This document shows, piece after piece, positions 11,101 to 26,100 of a DNA stretch of 64,000 nt. Made by a program: the position numbers and the translations under genes. The notes under the pieces were generated by a model. It was not told the origin of the DNA and made no database searches. It saw only the letters and a list, made by a program, of their open reading frames with translations. This DNA comes from the human T2T-CHM13v2.0 reference genome, Homo sapiens. Position 1 is the first letter of the stretch. Each line of letters opens with the position of its first letter. The stretch is from NCBI RefSeq assembly GCF_009914755.1, contig NC_060942.1, one strand, 5' to 3'.

Positions 11101-14100
11101 CAGCGTTCTGAGAAACATCTTTGTGATGTTTGTATTCAGGACACAGAGTTGAACATTCCCTATCATAGAGCAGGTTTGAATCACTCCTTTTGTAGTATCT
11201 GGAAGTGGACATTTGGAGCGCTTTCAGGCCTATGTTGGAAAAGGAAATATCTTCCCATAACAACTAGACAGAAGCATTCTCAGAAACTTATTTGAGATGT
11301 GTGTACTCAACTAAGAGAATTGAACCACCGTTTTGAAGGAGCAGTTTTGAAACACTCTTTTTCTGGAATCTGCAAGTGGATATTTGGCTAGCTTTGGGGA
11401 TTTCGCTGGAAGCGGGAATACATATAAAAAGCACACAGCAGCGTTCTGAGAAACTGCTTTCTGATGTTTGCATTCAAGTCAAAAGTTGAACACTCCCTTT
11501 CATAGAGCAGTCTTGAAACACCCCTTTTGTAGTATCTGGAACTGGACTTTTGGAGCGATTTCAGGGCTAAGGTGAAAAAGGAAATATCTTCCCATAAAAA
11601 CTGGACAGAAGCATTCTCAGAAACTTGTTTATGCTGTATCTACTCAACTAACAAAGTTGAACCTTTCTTTTGATAGAGCAGTTTTGAAATGGTCTTTTTG
11701 TGGAATCTGCAAGTGGATATTTGGCTAGTTTTGAGGATTTCGTTGGAAGCGGGAATTCATACAAATTGCAGACTGCAGCGTTCTGAGAAACATCTTTGTG
11801 ATGTTTGTATTCAGGACAGAGAGTTGAACATTCCCTATCATAGAGCAGGTTGGAATCACTCCTTTTGTAGTATCTGGAAGTGGACATTTGGAGCGCTTTC
11901 AGGCCTATTTTGGAAAGGGAAATATCTTCCCGTAACAACTATGCAGAAGCATTCTCAGAAACTTGTTTGTGATGTGTGCCCTCTACTGACAGAGTTGAAC
12001 CTTTCTTTTCATAGAGCAGTTTTGAAACACTCTTTTTGTAGAATCTGCAAGAGGATATTTGCATAGCTTTGAGGATTTCGTGGGAAACGGGATTGTCTTC
12101 AGGTAAAATCTAGACAGAAGCATTCTCAGAAACTTCTTTGGGATGTTTGCATTCAAGTCACAGAGTAGAACATTCCCTTTGGTAGAGCAGGTTTGAAACA
12201 CTCTTTTTGTAGTATCTGGAAGTGGACATTTGGAGCGCTTTCAGGCCCATGTTGGAAAGGGAAATATCTTCCCGTAACAACTAGGCAGAAGCATTCTCAG
12301 AAACTTATTTGAGATGTGTGTACTCAACTAAGAGAATTGAACCACCGTTTTGAAGGAGCAGTTTTGAAACACTCTTTTTCTGGAATCTGCAAGAGTATAT
12401 TTGCCTAGCCTTGAGGATTTCGTTGGAAACGGGATTGTCTTCAGAGAAAATCTAGACAGAAGCATTCTCAGAAACTTCTTTGGGATGTTTGCATTCAAGT
12501 CACAGAGTAGAACATTCCCTTTGGTAGAGCAGGTTTGAAACACTCTTTTTTTAGTATATGGAAGTGGACATTTGGAGCGCTTTCAGGCCTACGTTGGAAA
12601 AGGAAATATCTTCCCATAACAACTAGACAGAAGCATTCTCAGAAACTAGTTTCTGATGTGTGTCCTCAACTAACACAGTTGAACATTTCTTTAGACAGAA
12701 CAGTTTTGAAACACTCTTTTTGTGGAATCTGCAAGTGGCTATTTGGCTAGATTTGAGGATTTCGTTGGAAACGGGATTACATATAAAAAGCAGTCAGCAG
12801 CATTCTCAGAAAGTTCTTTGTGATGATTGCATTCAAGTCACAGAATTGAACATTCCCTTTCACAGAGCAGGTTTGAAACACTCTTTTTGTAGTGTGTGTA
12901 AGTGGACATTTGGAGCACTTACCGGCCTAAGGTGAAAAAGGAAATATCTTCCCATAAAAACTAGACAGAAGCATTCTCAGAAACTTACTCGTGATGTGTG
13001 TCCTCAACTAAAGGAGTAGAACCTTTCTTTTCATAGAGAAGTTTTGAAACGCTCTTTTTGTGGAATCTGCAAGTGGATATTTGGCTAGTTTTGAGGATTT
13101 CGTTGGAAGCGGGAATTCATACAAATTGCAGACTGCAGCGTTCTGAGAAACATCTTTGTGATGTTTGTATTCAGGACACAGAGTTGAACATTCCCTATCA
13201 TAGAGCAGGTTTGAATCACTCCTTTTGTAGTATCTGGAAGTGGACATTTGGAGCGCTTTCAGGCCTATGTTGGAAAAGGAAATATCTTCCCATAACAACT
13301 AGACAGAAGCATTCTCAGAAACTTATTTGAGATGTGTGTACTCAACTAAGAGAATTGAACCACCGTTTTGAAGGAGCAGTTTTGAAACTCTCTTTTTCTG
13401 GAATCTGCAAGTGGATATTTGGCTAGCTTTGGGGATTTCGCTGGAAGCGGGAATACATATAAAAAGCACACAGCAGCGTTCTGAGAAACTGCTTTCTGAT
13501 GTTTGCATTCAAGTCAAAAGTTGAACACTCCCTTTCATAGAGCAGTCTTGAAACACCCCTTTTGTAGTATCTGGAACTGGACTTTTGGAGCGATTTCAGG
13601 GCTAAGGTGAAAAAGGAAATATCTTCCCATAAAAACTGGACAGAAGCATTCTCAGAAACTTGGTTATGCTGTATCTACTCAACTAACAAAGTTGAACCTT
13701 TCTTTTGATAGAGCAGTTTTGAAATGGTCTTTTTGTGGAATCTGCAAGTGGATATTTGGCTAGTTTTGAGGATTTCGTTGGAAGCGGGAATTCATACAAA
13801 TTGCAGACTGCAGCGTTCTGAGAAACATCTTTGTGATGTTTGTATTCAGGACACAGAGTTGAACATTCCCTATCATAGAGCAGGTTGGAATCACTCCTTT
13901 TGTAGTATCTGGAAGTGGACATTTGGAGCGCTTTCAGGCCTATTTTGGAAAGGGAAATATCTTCCCGTAACAACTATGCAGAAGCATTCTCAGAAACTTG
14001 TTTGTGATGTGTGCCCTCTACTGACAGAGTTGAACCTTTCTTTTCATAGAGCAGTTTTGAAACACTCTTTTTGTAGAATCTGCAAGAGGATATTTGCATA

Positions 14101-17100
14101 GCTTTGAGGATTTCGTGGGAAACGGGATTGTCTTCAGGTAAAATCTAGACAGAAGCATTCTCAGAAACTTCTTTGGGATGTTTGCATTCAAGTCACAGAG
14201 TAGAACATTCCCTTTGGTAGAGCAGGTTTGAAACACTCTTTTTGTAGTATCTGGAAGTGGACATTTGGAGCGCTTTCAGGCCCATGTTGGAAAGGGAAAT
14301 ATCTTCCCGTAACAACTAGGCAGAAGCATTCTCAGAAACTTATTTGAGATGTGTGTACTCAACTAAGAGAATTGAACCACCGTTTTGAAGGAGCAGTTTT
14401 GAAACACTCTTTTTCTGGAATCTGCAAGAGTATATTTGCCTAGCCTTGAGGATTTCGTTGGAAACGGGATTGTCTTCAGAGAAAATCTAGACAGAAGCAT
14501 TCTCAGAAACTTCTTTGGGATGTTTGCATTCAAGTCACAGAGTAGAACATTCCCTTTGGTAGAGCAGGTTTGAAACACTCTTTTTTTAGTATATGGAAGT
14601 GGACATTTGGATCGCTTTCAGGCCTACGTTGGAAAAGGAAATATCTTCCCATAACAACTAGACAGAAGCATTCTCAGAAACTAGTTTCTGATGTGTGTCC
14701 TCAACTAACACAGTTGAACATTTCTTTAGACAGAACAGTTTTGAAACACTCTTTTTGTGGAATCTGCAAGTGGCTATTTGGCTAGATTTGAGGATTTCGT
14801 TGGAAACGGGATTACATATAAAAAGCAGTCAGCAGCATTCTCAGAAAGTTCTTTGTGATGATTGCATTCAAGTCACAGAATTGAACATTCCCTTTCACAG
14901 AGCAGGTTTGAAACACTCTTTTTGTAGTGTGTGTAAGTGGACATTTGGAGCACTTACCGGCCTAAGGTGAAAAAGGAAATATCTTCCCATAAAAACTAGA
15001 CAGAAGCATTCTCAGAAACTTACTCGTGATGTGTGTCCTCAACTAAAGGAGTAGAACCTTTCTTTTCATAGAGAAGTTTTGAAACGCTCTTTTTGTGGAA
15101 TCTGCAAGTGGATATTTGGCTAGTTTTGAGGATTTCGTTGGAAGCGGGAATTCATACAAATTGCAGACTGCAGCGTTCTGAGAAACATCTTTGTGATGTT
15201 TGTATTCAGGACACAGAGTTGAACATTCCCTATCATAGAGCAGGTTTGAATCACTCCTTTTGTAGTATCTGGAAGTGGACATTTGGAGCGCTTTCAGGCC
15301 TATGTTGGAAAAGGAAATATCTTCCCATAACAACTAGACAGAAGCATTCTCAGAAACTTATTTGAGATGTGTGTACTCAACTAAGAGAATTGAACCACCG
15401 TTTTGAAGGAGCAGTTTTGAAACTCTCTTTTTCTGGAATCTGCAAGTGGATATTTGGCTAGCTTTGGGGATTTCGCTGGAAGCGGGAATACATATAAAAA
15501 GCACACAGCAGCGTTCTGAGAAACTGCTTTCTGATGTTTGCATTCAAGTCAAAAGTTGAACACTCCCTTTCATAGAGCAGTCTTGAAACACCCCTTTTGT
15601 AGTATCTGGAACTGGACTTTTGGAGCGATTTCAGGGCTAAGGTGAAAAAGGAAATATCTTCCCATAAAAACTGGACAGAAGCATTCTCAGAAACTTGGTT
15701 ATGCTGTATCTACTCAACTAACAAAGTTGAACCTTTCTTTTGATAGAGCAGTTTTGAAATGGTCTTTTTGTGGAATCTGCAAGTGGATATTTGGCTAGTT
15801 TTGAGGATTTCGTTGGAAGCGGGAATTCATACAAATTGCAGACTGCAGCGTTCTGAGAAACATCTTTGTGATGTTTGTATTCAGGACAGAGAGTTGAACA
15901 TTCCCTATCATAGAGCAGGTTGGAATCACTCCTTTTGTAGTATCTGGAAGTGGACATTTGGAGCGCTTTCAGGCCTATTTTGGAAAGGGAAATATCTTCC
16001 CGTAACAACTATGCAGAAGCATTCTCAGAAACTTGTTTGTGATGTGTGCCCTCTACTGACAGAGTTGAACCTTTCTTTTCATAGAGCAGTTTTGAAACAC
16101 TCTTTTTGTAGAATCTGCAAGAGGATATTTGCATAGCTTTGAGGATTTCGTGGGAAACGGGATTGTCTTCAGGTAAAATCTAGACAGAAGCATTCTCAGA
16201 AACTTCTTTGGGATGTTTGCATTCAAGTCACAGAGTAGAACATTCCCTTTGGTAGAGCAGGTTTGAAACACTCTTTTTGTAGTATCTGGAAGTGGACATT
16301 TGGAGCGCTTTCAGGCCCATGTTGGAAAGGGAAATATCTTCCCGTAACAACTAGGCAGAAGCATTCTCAGAAACTTATTTGAGATGTGTGTACTCAACTA
16401 AGAGAATTGAACCACCGTTTTGAAGGAGCAGTTTTGAAACACTCTTTTTCTGGAATCTGCAAGAGTATATTTGCCTAGCCTTGAGGATTTCGTTGGAAAC
16501 GGGATTGTCTTCAGAGAAAATCTAGACAGAAGCATTCTCAGAAACTTCTTTGGGATGTTTGCATTCAAGTCACAGAGTAGAACATTCCCTTTGGTAGAGC
16601 AGGTTTGAAACACTCTTTTTTTAGTATATGGAAGTGGACATTTGGAGCGCTTTCAGGCCTACGTTGGAAAAGGAAATATCTTCCCATAACAACTAGACAG
16701 AAGCATTCTCAGAAACTAGTTTCTGATGTGTGTCCTCAACTAACACAGTTGAACATTTCTTTAGACAGAACAGTTTTGAAACACTCTTTTTGTGGAATCT
16801 GCAAGTGGCTATTTGGCTAGATTTGAGGATTTCATTGGAAACGGGATTACATATAAAAAGCAGTCAGCAGCATTCTCAGAAAGTTCTTTGTGATGATTGC
16901 ATTCAAGTCACAGAATTGAACATTCCCTTTCACAGAGCAGGTTTGAAACACTCTTTTTGTAGTGTGTGTAAGTGGACATTTGGAGCACTTACCGGCCTAA
17001 GGTGAAAAAGGAAATATCTTCCCATAAAAACTAGACAGAAGCATTCTCAGAAACTTACTCGTGATGTGTGTCCTCAACTAAAGGAGTAGAACCTTTCTTT

Positions 17101-20100
17101 TCATAGAGAAGTTTTGAAACGCTCTTTTTGTGGAATCTGCAAGTGGATATTTGGCTAGTTTTGAGGATTTCGTTGGAAGCGGGAATTCATACAAATTGCA
17201 GACTGCAGCGTTCTGAGAAACATCTTTGTGATGTTTGTATTCAGGACACAGAGTTGAACATTCCCTATCATAGAGCAGGTTTGAATCACTCCTTTTGTAG
17301 TATCTGGAAGTGGACATTTGGAGCGCTTTCAGGCCTATGTTGGAAAAGGAAATATCTTCCCATAACAACTAGACAGAAGCATTCTCAGAAACTTATTTGA
17401 GATGTGTGTACTCAACTAAGAGAATTGAACCACCGTTTTGAAGGAGCAGTTTTGAAACTCTCTTTTTCTGGAATCTGCAAGTGGATATTTGGCTAGCTTT
17501 GGGGATTTCGCTGGAAGCGGGAATACATATAAAAAGCACACAGCAGCGTTCTGAGAAACTGCTTTCTGATGTTTGCATTCAAGTCAAAAGTTGAACACTC
17601 CCTTTCATAGAGCAGTCTTGAAACACCCCTTTTGTAGTATCTGGAACTGGACTTTTGGAGCGATTTCAGGGCTAAGGTGAAAAAGGAAATATCTTCCCAT
17701 AAAAACTGGACAGAAGCATTCTCAGAAACTTGGTTATGCTGTATCTACTCAACTAACAAAGTTGAACCTTTCTTTTGATAGAGCAGTTTTGAAATGGTCT
17801 TTTTGTGGAATCTGCAAGTGGATATTTGGCTAGTTTTGAGGATTTCGTTGGAAGCGGGAATTCATACAAATTGCAGACTGCAGCGTTCTGAGAAACATCT
17901 TTGTGATGTTTGTATTCAGGACAGAGAGTTGAACATTCCCTATCATAGAGCAGGTTGGAATCACTCCTTTTGTAGTATCTGGAAGTGGACATTTGGAGCG
18001 CTTTCAGGCCTATTTTGGAAAGGGAAATATCTTCCCGTAACAACTATGCAGAAGCATTCTCAGAAACTTGTTTGTGATGTGTGCCCTCTACTGACAGAGT
18101 TGAACCTTTCTTTTCATAGAGCAGTTTTGAAACACTCTTTTTGTAGAATCTGCAAGAGGATATTTGCATAGCTTTGAGGATTTCGTGGGAAACGGGATTG
18201 TCTTCAGGTAAAATCTAGACAGAAGCATTCTCAGAAACTTCTTTGGGATGTTTGCATTCAAGTCACAGAGTAGAACATTCCCTTTGGTAGAGCAGGTTTG
18301 AAACACTCTTTTTGTAGTATCTGGAAGTGGACATTTGGAGCGCTTTCAGGCCCATGTTGGAAAGGGAAATATCTTCCCGTAACAACTAGGCAGAAGCATT
18401 CTCAGAAACTTATTTGAGATGTGTGTACTCAACTAAGAGAATTGAACCACCGTTTTGAAGGAGCAGTTTTGAAACACTCTTTTTCTGGAATCTGCAAGAG
18501 TATATTTGCCTAGCCTTGAGGATTTCGTTGGAAACGGGATTGTCTTCAGAGAAAATCTAGACAGAAGCATTCTCAGAAACTTCTTTGGGATGTTTGCATT
18601 CAAGTCACAGAGTAGAACATTCCCTTTGGTAGAGCAGGTTTGAAACACTCTTTTTTTAGTATATGGAAGTGGACATTTGGATCGCTTTCAGGCCTACGTT
18701 GGAAAAGGAAATATCTTCCCATAACAACTAGACAGAAGCATTCTCAGAAACTAGTTTCTGATGTGTGTCCTCAACTAACACAGTTGAACATTTCTTTAGA
18801 CAGAACAGTTTTGAAACACTCTTTTTGTGGAATCTGCAAGTGGCTATTTGGCTAGATTTGAGGATTTCGTTGGAAACGGGATTACATATAAAAAGCAGTC
18901 AGCAGCATTCTCAGAAAGTTCTTTGTGATGATTGCATTCAAGTCACAGAATTGAACATTCCCTTTCACAGAGCAGGTTTGAAACACTCTTTTTGTAGTGT
19001 GTGTAAGTGGACATTTGGAGCACTTACCGGCCTAAGGTGAAAAAGGAAATATCTTCCCATAAAAACTAGACAGAAGCATTCTCAGAAACTTACTCGTGAT
19101 GTGTGTCCTCAACTAAAGGAGTAGAACCTTTCTTTTCATAGAGAAGTTTTGAAACGCTCTTTTTGTGGAATCTGCAAGTGGATATTTGGCTAGTTTTGAG
19201 GATTTCGTTGGAAGCGGGAATTCATACAAATTGCAGACTGCAGCGTTCTGAGAAACATCTTTGTGATGTTTGTATTCAGGACACAGAGTTGAACATTCCC
19301 TATCATAGAGCAGGTTTGAATCACTCCTTTTGTAGTATCTGGAAGTGGACATTTGGAGCGCTTTCAGGCCTATGTTGGAAAAGGAAATATCTTCCCATAA
19401 CAACTAGACAGAAGCATTCTCAGAAACTTATTTGAGATGTGTGTACTCAACTAAGAGAATTGAACCACCGTTTTGAAGGAGCAGTTTTGAAACTCTCTTT
19501 TTCTGGAATCTGCAAGTGGATATTTGGCTAGCTTTGGGGATTTCGCTGGAAGCGGGAATACATATAAAAAGCACACAGCAGCGTTCTGAGAAACTGCTTT
19601 CTGATGTTTGCATTCAAGTCAAAAGTTGAACACTCCCTTTCATAGAGCAGTCTTGAAACACCCCTTTTGTAGTATCTGGAACTGGACTTTTGGAGCGATT
19701 TCAGGGCTAAGGTGAAAAAGGAAATATCTTCCCATAAAAACTGGACAGAAGCATTCTCAGAAACTTGGTTATGCTGTATCTACTCAACTAACAAAGTTGA
19801 ACCTTTCTTTTGATAGAGCAGTTTTGAAATGGTCTTTTTGTGGAATCTGCAAGTGGATATTTGGCTAGTTTTGAGGATTTCGTTGGAAGCGGGAATTCAT
19901 ACAAATTGCAGACTGCAGCGTTCTGAGAAACATCTTTGTGATGTTTGTATTCAGGACAGAGAGTTGAACATTCCCTATCATAGAGCAGGTTGGAATCACT
20001 CCTTTTGTAGTATCTGGAAGTGGACATTTGGAGCGCTTTCAGGCCTATTTTGGAAAGGGAAATATCTTCCCGTAACAACTATGCAGAAGCATTCTCAGAA

Positions 20101-23100
20101 ACTTGTTTGTGATGTGTGCCCTCTACTGACAGAGTTGAACCTTTCTTTTCATAGAGCAGTTTTGAAACACTCTTTTTGTAGAATCTGCAAGAGGATATTT
20201 GCATAGCTTTGAGGATTTCGTGGGAAACGGGATTGTCTTCAGGTAAAATCTAGACAGAAGCATTCTCAGAAACTTCTTTGGGATGTTTGCATTCAAGTCA
20301 CAGAGTAGAACATTCCCTTTGGTAGAGCAGGTTTGAAACACTCTTTTTGTAGTATCTGGAAGTGGACATTTGGAGCGCTTTCAGGCCCATGTTGGAAAGG
20401 GAAATATCTTCCCGTAACAACTAGGCAGAAGCATTCTCAGAAACTTATTTGAGATGTGTGTACTCAACTAAGAGAATTGAACCACCGTTTTGAAGGAGCA
20501 GTTTTGAAACACTCTTTTTCTGGAATCTGCAAGAGTATATTTGCCTAGCCTTGAGGATTTCGTTGGAAACGGGATTGTCTTCAGAGAAAATCTAGACAGA
20601 AGCATTCTCAGAAACTTCTTTGGGATGTTTGCATTCAAGTCACAGAGTAGAACATTCCCTTTGGTAGAGCAGGTTTGAAACACTCTTTTTTTAGTATATG
20701 GAAGTGGACATTTTGATCGCTTTCAGGCCTACGTTGGAAAAGGAAATATCTTCCCATAACAACTAGACAGAAGCATTCTCAGAAACTAGTTTCTGATGTG
20801 TGTCCTCAACTAACACAGTTGAACATTTCTTTAGACAGAACAGTTTTGAAACACTCTTTTTGTGGAATCTGCAAGTGGCTATTTGGCTAGATTTGAGGAT
20901 TTCGTTGGAAACGGGATTACATATAAAAAGCAGTCAGCAGCATTCTCAGAAAGTTCTTTGTGATGATTGCATTCAAGTCACAGAATTGAACATTCCCTTT
21001 CACAGAGCAGGTTTGAAACACTCTTTTTGTAGTGTGTGTAAGTGGACATTTGGAGCACTTACCGGCCTAAGGTGAAAAAGGAAATATCTTCCCATAAAAA
21101 CTAGACAGAAGCATTCTCAGAAACTTACTCGTGATGTGTGTCCTCAACTAAAGGAGTAGAACCTTTCTTTTCATAGAGAAGTTTTGAAACGCTCTTTTTG
21201 TGGAATCTGCAAGTGGATATTTGGCTAGTTTTGAGGATTTCGTTGGAAGCGGGAATTCATACAAATTGCAGACTGCAGCGTTCTGAGAAACATCTTTGTG
21301 ATGTTTGTATTCAGGACACAGAGTTGAACATTCCCTATCATAGAGCAGGTTTGAATCACTCCTTTTGTAGTATCTGGAAGTGGACATTTGGAGCGCTTTC
21401 AGGCCTATGTTGGAAAAGGAAATATCTTCCCATAACAACTAGACAGAAGCATTCTCAGAAACTTATTTGAGATGTGTGTACTCAACTAAGAGAATTGAAC
21501 CACCGTTTTGAAGGAGCAGTTTTGAAACTCTCTTTTTCTGGAATCTGCAAGTGGATATTTGGCTAGCTTTGGGGATTTCGCTGGAAGCGGGAATACATAT
21601 AAAAAGCACACAGCAGCGTTCTGAGAAACTGCTTTCTGATGTTTGCATTCAAGTCAAAAGTTGAACACTCCCTTTCATAGAGCAGTCTTGAAACACCCCT
21701 TTTGTAGTATCTGGAACTGGACTTTTGGAGCGATTTCAGGGCTAAGGTGAAAAAGGAAATATCTTCCCATAAAAACTGGACAGAAGCATTCTCAGAAACT
21801 TGGTTATGCTGTATCTACTCAACTAACAAAGTTGAACCTTTCTTTTGATAGAGCAGTTTTGAAATGGTCTTTTTGTGGAATCTGCAAGTGGATATTTGGC
21901 TAGTTTTGAGGATTTCGTTGGAAGCGGGAATTCATACAAATTGCAGACTGCAGCGTTCTGAGAAACATCTTTGTGATGTTTGTATTCAGGACAGAGAGTT
22001 GAACATTCCCTATCATAGAGCAGGTTGGAATCACTCCTTTTGTAGTATCTGGAAGTGGACATTTGGAGCGCTTTCAGGCCTATTTTGGAAAGGGAAATAT
22101 CTTCCCGTAACAACTATGCAGAAGCATTCTCAGAAACTTGTTTGTGATGTGTGCCCTCTACTGACAGAGTTGAACCTTTCTTTTCATAGAGCAGTTTTGA
22201 AACACTCTTTTTGTAGAATCTGCAAGAGGATATTTGCATAGCTTTGAGGATTTCGTGGGAAACGGGATTGTCTTCAGGTAAAATCTAGACAGAAGCATTC
22301 TCAGAAACTTCTTTGGGATGTTTGCATTCAAGTCACAGAGTAGAACATTCCCTTTGGTAGAGCAGGTTTGAAACACTCTTTTTGTAGTATCTGGAAGTGG
22401 ACATTTGGAGCGCTTTCAGGCCCATGTTGGAAAGGGAAATATCTTCCCGTAACAACTAGGCAGAAGCATTCTCAGAAACTTATTTGAGATGTGTGTACTC
22501 AACTAAGAGAATTGAACCACCGTTTTGAAGGAGCAGTTTTGAAACACTCTTTTTCTGGAATCTGCAAGAGTATATTTGCCTAGCCTTGAGGATTTCGTTG
22601 GAAACGGGATTGTCTTCAGAGAAAATCTAGACAGAAGCATTCTCAGAAACTTCTTTGGGATGTTTGCATTCAAGTCACAGAGTAGAACATTCCCTTTGGT
22701 AGAGCAGGTTTGAAACACTCTTTTTTTAGTATATGGAAGTGGACATTTTGATCGCTTTCAGGCCTACGTTGGAAAAGGAAATATCTTCCCATAACAACTA
22801 GACAGAAGCATTCTCAGAAACTAGTTTCTGATGTGTGTCCTCAACTAACACAGTTGAACATTTCTTTAGACAGAACAGTTTTGAAACACTCTTTTTGTGG
22901 AATCTGCAAGTGGCTATTTGGCTAGATTTGAGGATTTCGTTGGAAACGGGATTACATATAAAAAGCAGTCAGCAGCATTCTCAGAAAGTTCTTTGTGATG
23001 ATTGCATTCAAGTCACAGAATTGAACATTCCCTTTCACAGAGCAGGTTTGAAACACTCTTTTTGTAGTGTGTGTAAGTGGACATTTGGAGCACTTACCGG

Positions 23101-26100
23101 CCTAAGGTGAAAAAGGAAATATCTTCCCATAAAAACTAGACAGAAGCATTCTCAGAAACTTACTCGTGATGTGTGTCCTCAACTAAAGGAGTAGAACCTT
23201 TCTTTTCATAGAGAAGTTTTGAAACGCTCTTTTTGTGGAATCTGCAAGTGGATATTTGGCTAGTTTTGAGGATTTCGTTGGAAGCGGGAATTCATACAAA
23301 TTGCAGACTGCAGCGTTCTGAGAAACATCTTTGTGATGTTTGTATTCAGGACACAGAGTTGAACATTCCCTATCATAGAGCAGGTTTGAATCACTCCTTT
23401 TGTAGTATCTGGAAGTGGACATTTGGAGCGCTTTCAGGCCTATGTTGGAAAAGGAAATATCTTCCCATAACAACTAGACAGAAGCATTCTCAGAAACTTA
23501 TTTGAGATGTGTGTACTCAACTAAGAGAATTGAACCACCGTTTTGAAGGAGCAGTTTTGAAACTCTCTTTTTCTGGAATCTGCAAGTGGATATTTGGCTA
23601 GCTTTGGGGATTTCGCTGGAAGCGGGAATACATATAAAAAGCACACAGCAGCGTTCTGAGAAACTGCTTTCTGATGTTTGCATTCAAGTCAAAAGTTGAA
23701 CACTCCCTTTCATAGAGCAGTCTTGAAACACCCCTTTTGTAGTATCTGGAACTGGACTTTTGGAGCGATTTCAGGGCTAAGGTGAAAAAGGAAATATCTT
23801 CCCATAAAAACTGGACAGAAGCATTCTCAGAAACTTGGTTATGCTGTATCTACTCAACTAACAAAGTTGAACCTTTCTTTTGATAGAGCAGTTTTGAAAT
23901 GGTCTTTTTGTGGAATCTGCAAGTGGATATTTGGCTAGTTTTGAGGATTTCGTTGGAAGCGGGAATTCATACAAATTGCAGACTGCAGCGTTCTGAGAAA
24001 CATCTTTGTGATGTTTGTATTCAGGACAGAGAGTTGAACATTCCCTATCATAGAGCAGGTTGGAATCACTCCTTTTGTAGTATCTGGAAGTGGACATTTG
24101 GAGCGCTTTCAGGCCTATTTTGGAAAGGGAAATATCTTCCCGTAACAACTATGCAGAAGCATTCTCAGAAACTTGTTTGTGATGTGTGCCCTCTACTGAC
24201 AGAGTTGAACCTTTCTTTTCATAGAGCAGTTTTGAAACACTCTTTTTGTAGAATCTGCAAGAGGATATTTGCATAGCTTTGAGGATTTCGTGGGAAACGG
24301 GATTGTCTTCAGGTAAAATCTAGACAGAAGCATTCTCAGAAACTTCTTTGGGATGTTTGCATTCAAGTCACAGAGTAGAACATTCCCTTTGGTAGAGCAG
24401 GTTTGAAACACTCTTTTTGTAGTATCTGGAAGTGGACATTTGGAGCGCTTTCAGGCCCATGTTGGAAAGGGAAATATCTTCCCGTAACAACTAGGCAGAA
24501 GCATTCTCAGAAACTTATTTGAGATGTGTGTACTCAACTAAGAGAATTGAACCACCGTTTTGAAGGAGCAGTTTTGAAACACTCTTTTTCTGGAATCTGC
24601 AAGAGTATATTTGCCTAGCCTTGAGGATTTCGTTGGAAACGGGATTGTCTTCAGAGAAAATCTAGACAGAAGCATTCTCAGAAACTTCTTTGGGATGTTT
24701 GCATTCAAGTCACAGAGTAGAACATTCCCTTTGGTAGAGCAGGTTTGAAACACTCTTTTTGTAGTATCTGGAAGTGGACATTTGGAGCGCTTTCAGGCCT
24801 ACGTTGGAAAAGGAAATATCTTCCCATAACAACTAGACAGAAGCATTCTCAGAAACTAGTTTCTGATGTGTGTCCTCAACTAACACAGTTGAACATTTCT
24901 TTAGACAGAACAGTTTTGAAACACTCTTTTTGTGGAATCTGCAAGTGGCTATTTGGCTAGATTTGAGGATTTCGTTGGAAACGGGATTACATATAAAAAG
25001 CAGTCAGCAGCATTCTCAGAAAGTTCTTTGTGATGATTGCATTCAAGTCACAGAATTGAACATTCCCTTTCACAGAGCAGGTTTGAAACACTCTTTTTGT
25101 AGTGTGTGTAAGTGGACATTTGGAGCACTTACCGGCCTAAGGTGAAAAAGGAAATATCTTCCCATAAAAACTAGACAGAAGCATTCTCAGAAACTTACTC
25201 GTGATGTGTGTCCTCAACTAAAGGAGTAGAACCTTTCTTTTCATAGAGAAGTTTTGAAACGCTCTTTTTGTGGAATCTGCAAGTGGATATTTGGCTAGTT
25301 TTGAGGATTTCGTTGGAAGCGGGAATTCATACAAATTGCAGACTGCAGCGTTCTGAGAAACATCTTTGTGATGTTTGTATTCAGGACACAGAGTTGAACA
25401 TTCCCTATCATAGAGCAGGTTTGAATCACTCCTTTTGTAGTATCTGGAAGTGGACATTTGGAGTGCTTTCAGGCCTATGTTGGAAAAGGAAATATCTTCC
25501 CATAACAACTAGACAGAAGCATTCTCAGAAACTTATTTGAGATGTGTGTACTCAACTAAGAGAATTGAACCACCGTTTTGAAGGAGCAGTTTTGAAACAC
25601 TCTTTTTCTGGAATCTGCAAGTGGATATTTGGCTAGCTTTGGGGATTTCGCTGGAAGCGGGAATACATATAAAAAGCACACAGCAGCGTTCTGAGAAACT
25701 GCTTTCTGATGTTTGCATTCAAGTCAAAAGTTGAACACTCCCTTTCATAGAGCAGTCTTGAAACACCCCTTTTGTAGTATCTGGAACTGGACTTTTGGAG
25801 CGATTTCAGGGCTAAGGTGAAAAAGGAAATATCTTCCCATAAAAACTGGACAGAAGCATTCTCAGAAACTTGTTTATGCTGTATCTACTCAACTAACAAA
25901 GTTGAACCTTTCTTTTGATAGAGCAGTTTTGAAATGGTCTTTTTGTGGAATCTGCAAGTGGATATTTGGCTAGTTTTGAGGATTTCGTTGGAAGCGGGAA
26001 TTCATACAAATTGCAGACTGCAGCGTTCTGAGAAACATCTTTGTGATGTTTGTATTCAGGACACAGAGTTGAACATTCCCTATCATAGAGCAGGTTGGAA

